Below, piece after piece: positions 9,700-18,137 of a DNA stretch of 64,000 bases. Under the pieces are notes generated by a model, which worked only from the letters and a program-made list of their open reading frames with translations, searched no databases and had not been told where the DNA came from. This stretch comes from an uncultured Acidimicrobiaceae bacterium. Its GTDB lineage: Bacteria; Actinomycetota; Acidimicrobiia; Acidimicrobiales; Bog-793. Location: contig CAVRYE010000002.1 of NCBI GenBank assembly GCA_963725355.1, positions 50,898 through 114,897 of the forward strand, given 5' to 3'. Made by a program: the position numbers and the translations under genes. Numbering within the stretch: position 1 is the stretch's first letter; each line of letters starts with the position of its first letter.

Positions 9700-10156
9700 T
9701 CGTGACGGGGGGACCGGGGCTTTCGTACCCGGCCCGCAGTAACCAAGGACAGGGTGCCCATAGGACTTTCGCCTCTAGTGCAATTCCGGCGGGCAAGGTG
9801 GCTGGGAACGGTGGTGCCGAATGGTACCCTTCGGGCCTTCCCGGCACCGCCAGTGCCCGCGGGGCGCGGCGAAGCCCGATCGGAAGACTGATCTCACCAC
9901 CGATCGCTGCTCAGGCTGGTGTCTCGGGACAGGCAAACTCCCTGATGGGGGAGGGGTGAGGAGGCTCGGTTCGGGTATGAGGCGTGACGAGGACGATGCC
10001 CAGCGGCCGTCGTGTGCTTTCCAGCGAGGCTCGGCTGTGAGGGCCGCGGCCACGGGTCGCGAGGGGCAACCAGGACCGGACGCAATCCGAATAGCGGGAA
10101 CAGTCGGGCCTTTCGGCCCTATTGCCCCTTCCCGCGCGACCAGAAAGATTAGTTGC

Positions 10157-10708
10157 ATGGTCAACAAGCACAATCCAGCAAGACGTACACGGGTTCTGGC
10201 GGCGCTGGCCGCCCTTGTCACGATCGGCCTTTGTGCGACTCCTCTCCTCGCGGGGGCTACCCCGAGTACTAAGACGGTCTCGTTCTCTGCCAAGTTCAGC
10301 GGCAAGGCCTCGCTGCTGATCGAGAACAGCAAGGTGACGATCTCCTCGATCACCGGTTCGGGCACAAACTCGCTGTTTGGCTCCAGCAAAGTGAGTGGTA
10401 GCGGGTCCGCCGCGGCCTCGGCGGAGTGCGACCCGTTCGGGGGCAAAGGCAGCATCTCCGGTGGAACTAACAAGATCACCTTCACAGTGACCCAGTCGAG
10501 CGCCCAGCAAGGGTGCTCGAACGGCGAGAGCGGCCCGGTCACGGTCACCTTCCACGGCGTCACGAAGGCAACCGGCGGAACCGGCACGGGGAGCGGGGCC
10601 GCGGGCACGCTCAAGTTCACCGGTACCCTGCACCTAGGGGGCACGAGCGGGTCTCAGGTCGGTTCTTTCACGGTCAAGCTCACAGGGAAGTTGAGCGTCA
10701 AGGCCTGA
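10157..10708 (+). CDS. secreted protein of unknown function (Gly/Ser/Thr-rich, beta-rich)
   Basis: Internal ATG at 10157 of ORF 9821-10708 gives MVNKHNPARRTRVLAALAALVTIGLCATPLLAGA, a signal peptide. The sequence upstream of this ATG does not look like protein. Confidence 0.65.
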   Translation: MVNKHNPARRTRVLAALAALVTIGLCATPLLAGATPSTKTVSFSAKFSGKASLLIENSKVTISSITGSGTNSLFGSSKVSGSGSAAASAECDPFGGKGSISGGTNKITFTVTQSSAQQGCSNGESGPVTVTFHGVTKATGGTGTGSGAAGTLKFTGTLHLGGTSGSQVGSFTVKLTGKLSVKA

Positions 10709-10746
10709 TGGACACACAAGCCAGACAACAGAAGGGGAGCATTGGC

Positions 10747-11352
10747 ATGGGAAAGTTCAGGACCAGGATCGCCGTCGGACTGGTGGCGGTCGTAGCACTC
10801 GGAGCAACGGCGACAGCGATCGCCACGGCGGGGGCTTCGACAGGACGAGCTTCGGCGGGAACGACCACAACGACGACGACGCTGGCTCCGCCAGTCCAGG
10901 GCAACGGGCAGCATCACGTTTTCTTTTCCGTCGACACGGTCCAAGGGGCTGGGGGTACGGTCAAGTTGGCAGCAGACGCTGCCTGTTCGATGACGAACCT
11001 TTTCCAGCGGGGTGACGTTGTCGTATTCCGCATGTACGGCCTGCACGTAACGACTGGGGCCAACCTCACGAACGTGACCGTCAAGTCCGCTTTCGTGAAG
11101 GTTCCCGGCCTGCCGGCGATGCCGATGTACTACAGCAACCACCCGACCAAGCCAGTCGTGGCCTACTGGACCGCAGCCTGGCCGGTCGGCAAGACCTACC
11201 CGCTCGGGGTCGTGAACTACACCGTCACGGTCGTCACCAACCCGATCCCGGGAGGCGGCGTCACCGGCCCGGTCCCATCTGAGGTCGGCGTCTTCACCCA
11301 GCAGGACACGCCACTGGTGGCTTCGCCGCTGACGATTGAGCCTGGGGCCTGA
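10747..11352 (+). CDS. secreted protein of unknown function
   Basis: ATG at 10747 gives MGKFRTRIAVGLVAVVALGATATAIATAGA (signal peptide), then a poly-Thr linker and a globular part. It lies 38 nt after the previous gene. Confidence 0.65.
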   Translation: MGKFRTRIAVGLVAVVALGATATAIATAGASTGRASAGTTTTTTTLAPPVQGNGQHHVFFSVDTVQGAGGTVKLAADAACSMTNLFQRGDVVVFRMYGLHVTTGANLTNVTVKSAFVKVPGLPAMPMYYSNHPTKPVVAYWTAAWPVGKTYPLGVVNYTVTVVTNPIPGGGVTGPVPSEVGVFTQQDTPLVASPLTIEPGA

Positions 11353-11384
11353 GCCTCACAAGACAACAAGCATTCTCTGGGAGC

Positions 11385-11418
11385 CGCCTGCCGCGGGCCG
11401 TAAAGGCCGCGGCAGGCG
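11385..11418 (+). terminator. GC-rich hairpin after the second secreted-protein gene
   Basis: CGCCTGCCGCGGGCC-GTAAA-GGCCGCGGCAGGCG, a 14-bp stem with one bulged G and a 5-nt loop, 33 nt after the stop at 11352. No T-tract follows, which is usual in high-GC actinobacteria. Confidence 0.5.
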
Positions 11419-11526
11419 AGCTTCGTAATGGGCAAGGGAATAGGCAGTTACTTCCTCGGCCATCGGCTGAGGAAGTGCCGTCCAAGCGGCGGTGCAACAC
11501 CAAGGGAAGAACCTATAGGGAGGGCC

Positions 11527-13146
11527 GTGGTGAGGAATCTCAGATTGAAAAGGCGAATTGGACTACTTGCAGGCGTGACGGCGGGGACTTTGATCCTTTC
11601 GATCGTCGCCGCCAGCGCCAGCAACGGCGCACAGGCGCGCCGAGCGGCGCGCACGGATACGTCGGGCGTGGCCACGACGATGCTCAAGGCACCGGCTATC
11701 CCAGGTGTCGCCCCGCTTCCCGGTCCCGTGGCCAAGATCACCGGCGTGAGCACGAACATGGGGATCCTCGATGTCTCACCCGATGAAGGCGTAGTCGGGA
11801 CACCGATCACGATCTCGGGTTCGCACCTCGGCGCGAACAAGAGCGTCCAGCTCACCTGGTCGACGGCCGATGCCACCTGGCAAGTGCAGGCCGAGCCGAA
11901 CACCGTCAACTATCTCGGCCGAGCAGACACCCTCTTTTCGGTCGTGCTCGACACGACGACTACGAACGCGAACGGGGCCTTCAAGGTCGCGCTCAAGGTT
12001 CCCCAGGACTGGGGCGGCCTGCACGACATCTACGCCCTAGTCAACGGCGTGGAGGAGTCTCACGGCGGCTTCATTACCTTGCGGACCGTGACGGTCACGC
12101 CGAGGAGCGGTCCGGTGGGCACACCGATCACGATCACCTACAGCGGTCTCGGTGACTCTCTTTACACCGGCGGCGCCTCGCTTTTGTGGGACAACCACTA
12201 TGTGGGCGAGATGATGGCCAACTGGACCCGCGGGGTTGCCACGGCGACCATCCGGGCAACGGGGCCGGTGGGCCCACACACGATCCAGATCGGCAATGCC
12301 ATCAGTTACCTGTACCTGAACGTGCCTCAGTCGCCGATCCCCTACACCAATGGCGCCACGGTCACCTTCACGACCACGGCCGACAACGGGCCGCCGCCCG
12401 CCTCGATCGACTGGCCCGTGCAGGTCACTCCGACGCTGAACGCCAAGACGACCCTCACTCTTAGCGGCCTAGGAGCCAGCAGCAGCGTCAAGGCGCAGCT
12501 GGCCAGCACGCAGGGGCGAGTGAACACCTTGGACACCCTCTCGGCGTCAGGGTTCTCTTCCAAGGCTCCGGTGAGCCTGGTCTGGTCAAGCGTCGTCGGC
12601 AACCGTGTCGACTGCAAGAGCACCTGCTGGGTCTTCGTCTCGGCGCCTGTTGACAGCGCGACTCCCTCTGGCGGCTCGATACAGACCAAGATCACAATTC
12701 CCGATGGCCTCGGGGGCTGGCATGTCGTTCAGCTGGTGCAGAACGGCAAGACGGTGGCCCAGGTGCCCTTCTACGTGATGGAGAGCATCGTCGGCCGAGG
12801 GGTGTCGTCGATAACGGTCAAAGAAGGCCAAAGCTTCACGATCCACGTGAAAGGTGTCGGCTGGACCCAACTCGACAACACCGTCGCGGTCGATTACGAC
12901 AACAGCTACATCGGCTACGGGTGCGGCTTCAACTCAAACGGTGACGTTCTCCTGCACATACGCGCCACCGGAGGTCCCGGGACCCACCTGATCGACCTCT
13001 ACCCGATGCTTTACTCCTTGTCGCCCTCGTTCGCGAACACGCCGTATGGAATGGTGCCTGTCCTTACTTACGCTAACGACGAGCCCGGGCTGGCCCTCGG
13101 CTACCACCTGCCAGCGTTGCGGTTCGCGATCACCGTCGTCGGCTAG
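11527..13146 (+). CDS. secreted protein with several IPT/TIG-like Ig-fold repeats
   Basis: A GTG at 11527 inside ORF 11428-13146 gives VVRNLRLKRRIGLLAGVTAGTLILSIVAASASNGAQA (signal peptide). Repeated SP..G.VGTPITISG / VTPRSGPVGTPITITYSG motifs are typical of IPT/TIG domains. Confidence 0.7.
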   Translation: MVRNLRLKRRIGLLAGVTAGTLILSIVAASASNGAQARRAARTDTSGVATTMLKAPAIPGVAPLPGPVAKITGVSTNMGILDVSPDEGVVGTPITISGSHLGANKSVQLTWSTADATWQVQAEPNTVNYLGRADTLFSVVLDTTTTNANGAFKVALKVPQDWGGLHDIYALVNGVEESHGGFITLRTVTVTPRSGPVGTPITITYSGLGDSLYTGGASLLWDNHYVGEMMANWTRGVATATIRATGPVGPHTIQIGNAISYLYLNVPQSPIPYTNGATVTFTTTADNGPPPASIDWPVQVTPTLNAKTTLTLSGLGASSSVKAQLASTQGRVNTLDTLSASGFSSKAPVSLVWSSVVGNRVDCKSTCWVFVSAPVDSATPSGGSIQTKITIPDGLGGWHVVQLVQNGKTVAQVPFYVMESIVGRGVSSITVKEGQSFTIHVKGVGWTQLDNTVAVDYDNSYIGYGCGFNSNGDVLLHIRATGGPGTHLIDLYPMLYSLSPSFANTPYGMVPVLTYANDEPGLALGYHLPALRFAITVVG

Positions 13147-15320
13147 TTCTCGTTCGAAGTCCAGCTCAAGGCCTCGCCGCTTGTTTGAAGCGGCGAGGCC
13201 TTGACGCGGGCGAGACGGGCGAGGGGATCGGGGAGCCACCAGTTCCAGCGCCCGAAGAGCGCCATCAGGCTTGGCAAGAGGAGGCCGCGCACAAGCGTCG
13301 CATCGAGCAGCACCCCGAGGGCCAAGCCGGCGCCCAACTCCTGCAGGCCCGCCACGCGCCCGGCCACGAGCCCCGAGAGAGCCCCGACCATGATCAAAGC
13401 GGCCGCGCTCACGACCCGCCCGGTGCGGGCGAGCCCCTCGGTGATCGCAAAACGATTGTCGCCAGAGGCGTCCCAGGCTTCCCGCATGCGAGAGACGAAG
13501 AAGACTTCGTAGTCCATGGAAAGGCCAAAGAGCATGGCGAAGAGGAAGACAGGCACCCACCCCTCGATCTGGCGAACGCGGTAGAGGCCGAGGACATCGG
13601 CGCCGACGCCGAATCGGAAGAGGACCACAAGCAGGCCGTAGGCGGCGGCGACGGAGACCACGTCCAAGAAGACGGCCATCAATGGCAGTAGCAACGAGCG
13701 GAAAGCGCGCAGCAGCACGAGATAGGCGAGGGCCAGCACGAGCAGGACGATCCAGGGAAAGTCTCCGTAGACACGCCCAAGGAAATCCGACCCCTGAGCG
13801 GGCGCCCCGCCCACATACACCCGCAACCGGGAGGGGAAGTGGGCGGCAGGAAGAAAGTGAGTCTTGATCTGGGCCACGAGCCTTTGGGTCGCCTCCGCAC
13901 CGAATTGGTCCCGGCTGACTACGAGCACGCGGCTGTAGCGACCAGATGCGTCCAGGTATGGCGGTCGCGTTCCGATCGCAACGACGAAGACCTCTGGATC
14001 GTCGAGAAGCTCGCGGGCGAGTCGTAGTGTCCCGGCCGAGACCGCGGGTGCTCGTGCGCTGCCCGGGGAGCCGGCGTCAAGGACAATCTCGATCGGCGTG
14101 ATCACACCTGGTCCGACGCGGTCGCTGAGAAGGGAAAGGGCGCGGCCCGCCTGGATGTTGGCGGGGATGGCCGTCACCGAGCCGGGCGTGAGCTCGAGCC
14201 AAAGGGCAGGCACCGCCATTGCAAACAAGACCGTGGCCGAGCCCGCCAGAACGATCCTCGGTCGGCTCGTGACGAGCTTCGCCAGCCTGGCCCACAGGCT
14301 CGGTCGGGCGTCGTGTCCCGGCCGAGGCGAGCCTCGCCGAGCACCACTCAGTGCGCGCCTGCCTAGTAGCGACAGAAGAGCGGGCTGCAGGCTCAACGCG
14401 GAAACGACGGAAACGAGAGGCACGACGAGGCCGGCGAAGCCGAGCGAGCGAACGAAGGGGACCGGGATAAGGAGCAGGACGCTGAGCCCGATCGCCACGG
14501 CGATGCCGGAGAGGAGCACGGTGCGCCCTGCGGTGCTCATCGTGCGCTCGATGGCCACGTCCACCGCTTGGGGATCGTGGCTCAACTCCTCCCGGAAACG
14601 GTGCACGATGAGGAGCGAGTAATCGACCGAGAGCCCGAGGGCGATGAGCTGGACGAGGTTCGGTACGTAAAGGACCATCAAGAACTCGTGGGCGAGAAGG
14701 AACACGATCGCCAGTGCGGCGAGCATCGTGCAAGCCGCGACGACGAGGGGAATGAGCAGCGCCGCTGAGATCCCGAGGACAAAGGCGAGAACCGCAATGG
14801 CGACGAGAAGGGCGATCGCCTCGCCCCTTCGCAGGTCAGACGAGAGGATCGGGGTGATGTCGTGCTGGAGGGCGGGGGCGCCGGTGACATAGGCATGGCT
14901 GATCCCGGCCTCTGCGAGAGCTTTGCGTAGCACGCCCGTCTGCGCTGCAGCCTTTTGCAGGTCCAGCGAAGTGCTCACCTCGGCATAGAGGACTCCTGCC
15001 ACCGAGCGCAAGTCCATGGCGTGAGCTGTCGGCAACGCCGCAGCCGCGGCCTGAAGGCGTCGGTCGAGGTCGGCCAGCTTGCGGGGAGACGGGTTCGAAA
15101 CGGGCAGGACAACGGTAAAGCTGCCCTCGATGTTGTCCCCGAAATGCTGGGTAAGTATGGCGTCGGCGTGTTCGGAGCTCGTGCCCGGCACCGCGAGCGA
15201 GGTCGAGAGGAGCGAAGGCAGCCTTCCCGCGCTCAACACACCGAGCACGACCGCAAATAACCAGCAGATGAGGACAACTGAGCGCCGACGGACGACCACG
15301 CGGGTCCAACGCTCGAGCAT
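13143..15320 (-). CDS. MMPL family (RND superfamily) membrane transporter
   Basis: 725-aa ORF with two 6-TM bundles separated by soluble loops. The N-terminus MLERWTRVVVRRRSVVLICWLFAVVLGV is typical of MMPL proteins. Confidence 0.85.
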   Translation of the reverse strand: MLERWTRVVVRRRSVVLICWLFAVVLGVLSAGRLPSLLSTSLAVPGTSSEHADAILTQHFGDNIEGSFTVVLPVSNPSPRKLADLDRRLQAAAAALPTAHAMDLRSVAGVLYAEVSTSLDLQKAAAQTGVLRKALAEAGISHAYVTGAPALQHDITPILSSDLRRGEAIALLVAIAVLAFVLGISAALLIPLVVAACTMLAALAIVFLLAHEFLMVLYVPNLVQLIALGLSVDYSLLIVHRFREELSHDPQAVDVAIERTMSTAGRTVLLSGIAVAIGLSVLLLIPVPFVRSLGFAGLVVPLVSVVSALSLQPALLSLLGRRALSGARRGSPRPGHDARPSLWARLAKLVTSRPRIVLAGSATVLFAMAVPALWLELTPGSVTAIPANIQAGRALSLLSDRVGPGVITPIEIVLDAGSPGSARAPAVSAGTLRLARELLDDPEVFVVAIGTRPPYLDASGRYSRVLVVSRDQFGAEATQRLVAQIKTHFLPAAHFPSRLRVYVGGAPAQGSDFLGRVYGDFPWIVLLVLALAYLVLLRAFRSLLLPLMAVFLDVVSVAAAYGLLVVLFRFGVGADVLGLYRVRQIEGWVPVFLFAMLFGLSMDYEVFFVSRMREAWDASGDNRFAITEGLARTGRVVSAAALIMVGALSGLVAGRVAGLQELGAGLALGVLLDATLVRGLLLPSLMALFGRWNWWLPDPLARLARVKASPLQTSGEALSWTSNEN
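13167..13203. terminator. perfect 16-bp inverted repeat, candidate bidirectional terminator
   Basis: CAAGGCCTCGCCGCTT-GTTTG-AAGCGGCGAGGCCTTG. It starts 21 nt after the stop of the + strand gene (13146) and lies inside the last ~20 codons of the convergent MMPL ORF. Confidence 0.55.
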
Positions 15321-15363
15321 CTCGGCTGGAGAGCCTACCGACGCCCGAGCGCCGGGCCATGTC

Positions 15364-16632
15364 TCAGCTGAGGTATGTCTTGAGGCGTGTCAATCCGTCG
15401 ACGATCTGGGCAGTGTCGATGCCCGAGTAGGCAAGGCGCACGTACTGCTCGCTCTCGCCCGGAAGCGGACGTCCGAAGTGCACGCGCGAGCAAACCGACA
15501 CACCGGTGTTGTGCAGCACGGCGCGGCGGAAGTCCTCCACGTCGGTGAAGCCCTTGAGAGCCATCGCCCCTGTCACATTGGGGAACAGGTAGAAGGTCGC
15601 GTTTGGTCTGTAGCAGGAGATGCCCGGCGTCTCGTTCAAGAGCTCGACGGCTGCGTCGCGGCGCTCCTTCAGCACAGAGAGAATGTGCCGGGGCCCGGAC
15701 TGATCGCCGAGGAGCCCCTCGACGGCCCCGTACTGGATGAAGTGGTTCGGGCACGACTCGTCGTTCACGTTCAGCTTTGCGATGACTTCGATGACCCTGC
15801 GGGGGCCGATGGCTGCCCCCAGCCGCCAGCCGGTCATGGCGAACTTCTTGGAGAAGGTATAGAGGACCACGCACCTGTCGGCCATGCCGGGCAAGGAGGC
15901 CAGAGACTGACTGGCCCCCGCGTAGCGGATGTCGAAGTAGGCCTCGTCGCAAAGAACCGTGAGGTCGTGGCGAAGGGCGACCTCCGCAAGGCGCGCCAGC
16001 TCCTCTGGCGAGCACTCGGCACCGAGGGGGTTCTGGAGGTCGTTCAAGATGAGCAGTCGTGTCTTGGGTGTAATGGCTGCTTCGAGGGCATCAAGATCGA
16101 TGGCGAAGCCCTGCTCGCCTTCGAGGAAGCTGTAGGGCACCGCGACGCCCCCGTGGAACTCGATCTGCGACTCGTAGATGGGGTAGCCCGGGTTCGGGTA
16201 GAGGACCTCGTCCCCGGGGTTCATGAGGGTGAGGATGAACTTGCCGATGACGGGCTTGCCGCCGGGCTGGACGGCGACGTTCTCGAGTTCATAGCTGGTG
16301 GCGTGCGACCGGTTCAGGTCTTCCGCGAGAGCCGCACGGAGCTCGGGAATGCCGGCGTTAGGGCAGTAGCCGGTCTTGCCGTCTCGGATGGCCTTGAACG
16401 ACGCCTCGACGATGTTGGCCGGGGTGGGGATGTTCAAGTCGCCGAGGTGGAACGGGTAGACGGTGTTGCCCTCAGCGGCAAAGGCGGCCGCTTCTGCAGA
16501 CACGGCAAAGGCGGTCTCGGACCCCAGGCGGACGATCCGGTTGGCGATCCGGGGACCGCCACCTCTGCCCGCGTTCCCGTTACCTCCAAAGCCCGTCACC
16601 GTATCTGTGGCCAGTCCTTTCACAGCGTCCAT
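15364..16632 (-). CDS. pyridoxal-phosphate-dependent aminotransferase (class I/II, aspartate aminotransferase-like)
   Basis: ORF 15364-16734. The likely start is the internal ATG at 16632 (MDAVKG...), preceded by GGTGGAG. Motifs: FHLGDLNIPTP, YPNPGYPIY and TFSKKFAMTGWRLG (PLP lysine context). Confidence 0.85.
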   Translation of the reverse strand: MDAVKGLATDTVTGFGGNGNAGRGGGPRIANRIVRLGSETAFAVSAEAAAFAAEGNTVYPFHLGDLNIPTPANIVEASFKAIRDGKTGYCPNAGIPELRAALAEDLNRSHATSYELENVAVQPGGKPVIGKFILTLMNPGDEVLYPNPGYPIYESQIEFHGGVAVPYSFLEGEQGFAIDLDALEAAITPKTRLLILNDLQNPLGAECSPEELARLAEVALRHDLTVLCDEAYFDIRYAGASQSLASLPGMADRCVVLYTFSKKFAMTGWRLGAAIGPRRVIEVIAKLNVNDESCPNHFIQYGAVEGLLGDQSGPRHILSVLKERRDAAVELLNETPGISCYRPNATFYLFPNVTGAMALKGFTDVEDFRRAVLHNTGVSVCSRVHFGRPLPGESEQYVRLAYSGIDTAQIVDGLTRLKTYLS

Positions 16633-17073
16633 CTCGTTCTCCACCTTTCGGCTCTCACGCCTGCCCGTCACATGGACCTGTGCCTCACGGGCCAGCTGGC
16701 GGCGATTGTGACGCCGCCGAGGAAGGCCGCGCACCGCTACCAGACGGGAGCGTTTCTGTGACCAAAGTTACCTGCGCAGCTGCGGCATCGTCCAAAAGGC
16801 AAACAAAAGCCCATGTGCGAAGCCCGAGCGCGAACTCGGAGATAGGACGCTGCTCGGGGGCCTTGTGTGGTCGCCGGCGCGACTCTGCGTCGCTCGGCTG
16901 ACACGAATGAACCGCGAGTCAGCTTATTCGCGAGATACTCGTAACGGTGCACGGCCCCATGCTTCCCTCGCAAGGCAACGGGGGTCGTGCACCATCTATC
17001 GACTGCGCCCGATCAGCTCTTGAGCTTTACTGATGGCTTTCGGGTGCCAGCTAGGCAAACCTTCAGGTGCCAA

Positions 17074-17445
17074 TTAGGCAAAGACGACGTTGGTGTCCTG
17101 TTCTGAGAGGCTCGCCTTGGCCCTGACGAGACGCACCGACCAATCGGCGTCCGCCGGGAAGGGTCTGTGAGAGGTCGCACCCCCGGCGGCGTGGACGGCC
17201 ATGGAGAGAACACCCCAGGCCTTGCTCATGGCTCTTTCCTGATCGCCCGCGTCGACGATCACGGTGAAGCTTGCTTCTGATCGGGCCAGGTCCAGCTCTA
17301 CATGTGACTCGGCTACCCAGCGGTGCTCCAGCTCTCTCATGGCTTCGTCGACGTGGCCCCTAAGCGCACCAGTGTCCGGGGCGGGCGCCGCGGGACGCGC
17401 CGTCTTGAGCTCGATCGCCAGCACGCACTTAACTGCGTATTCCAT
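17074..17445 (-). CDS. hypothetical protein
   Basis: 123-aa ORF with protein-like composition and no recognisable motif. Confidence 0.45.
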   Translation of the reverse strand: MEYAVKCVLAIELKTARPAAPAPDTGALRGHVDEAMRELEHRWVAESHVELDLARSEASFTVIVDAGDQERAMSKAWGVLSMAVHAAGGATSHRPFPADADWSVRLVRAKASLSEQDTNVVFA

Positions 17446-17524
17446 GACTCACCGCCTTTGAGCTTTTGTATCGGCAGCCCAAGGACGGCCCTGAAGGGAA
17501 AACGGCCTTCGCCCCCCGCATGGC

Positions 17525-18016
17525 CTACGACGGCTCGGAAACCTGCTCTCGAAGGCGCGCGAGCGCCGTCTCGCTTCGGTGCTGGACGACCTGGGCGATG
17601 AATGGCGCCATGAGGGCGCCGGCGACCCCGCCCGGCTCCTCGTAGTCGACGGTGAACTCGACGATGGTCTCGCCTTGGCCGGCACTTAGTCTGAAAGTGA
17701 GTCTCTGGCCGTCGTCTCCGGCGCTTGACCAGGTGATGAGGCGATCAGGCTCAAGAGCGGCGATCTCAATCGTCGTGCGAAGCGTCCTTGTGGCGACCTT
17801 CAAGACAGCGTCGAAGCGGGCCCCCTGGCCCACGGTCCTCGATCCGTTAGGGGTGAGCTGCTCGAGTCCCTCAATGAAGACATCGGCCTGCTTGTAGTCG
17901 GCCAGGCAGGCAAAGATCACAGCCGCTGGAGCCGCGATGGCAGCGCTCGCCCGCACAGTCTTCGCCAAAGCCGAAACCTCCCTGAGCGTGCACGGCCCCC
18001 AGGGGGCGGCACCCAC
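17525..18016 (-). CDS. SRPBCC family protein (polyketide cyclase/dehydrase-like fold)
   Basis: 163-aa ORF. The pattern VRASAAIAAPAAVIFACLADYKQ...ITWSS...TIVEFTVDYEEPGGVAG is typical of SRPBCC ligand-binding proteins. Confidence 0.7.
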   Translation of the reverse strand: MGAAPWGPCTLREVSALAKTVRASAAIAAPAAVIFACLADYKQADVFIEGLEQLTPNGSRTVGQGARFDAVLKVATRTLRTTIEIAALEPDRLITWSSAGDDGQRLTFRLSAGQGETIVEFTVDYEEPGGVAGALMAPFIAQVVQHRSETALARLREQVSEPS

Positions 18017-18137
18017 GGCGCCAAGCTACTCGGGCCCCGATTTAGGCGAGCCACGTGGCGGCGGCGGCTTGACAAAGGCCCCGAGCTGCTAGCTGGCTCC
18101 ACAGCGTGTTTAGTGGGAGCCTGACTAGGCTCTGGCC

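Noticed and set aside
9790-9870. Cobalamin riboswitch-like text (GGGAACGGTGGTGCC ... CCGCCAGTG).
   Set aside because: The B12 box GCCACTG is not exact, the GGTGAAAATCC-type element is absent, and the downstream genes have no link to cobalamin. I kept it only as a generic hairpin observation.
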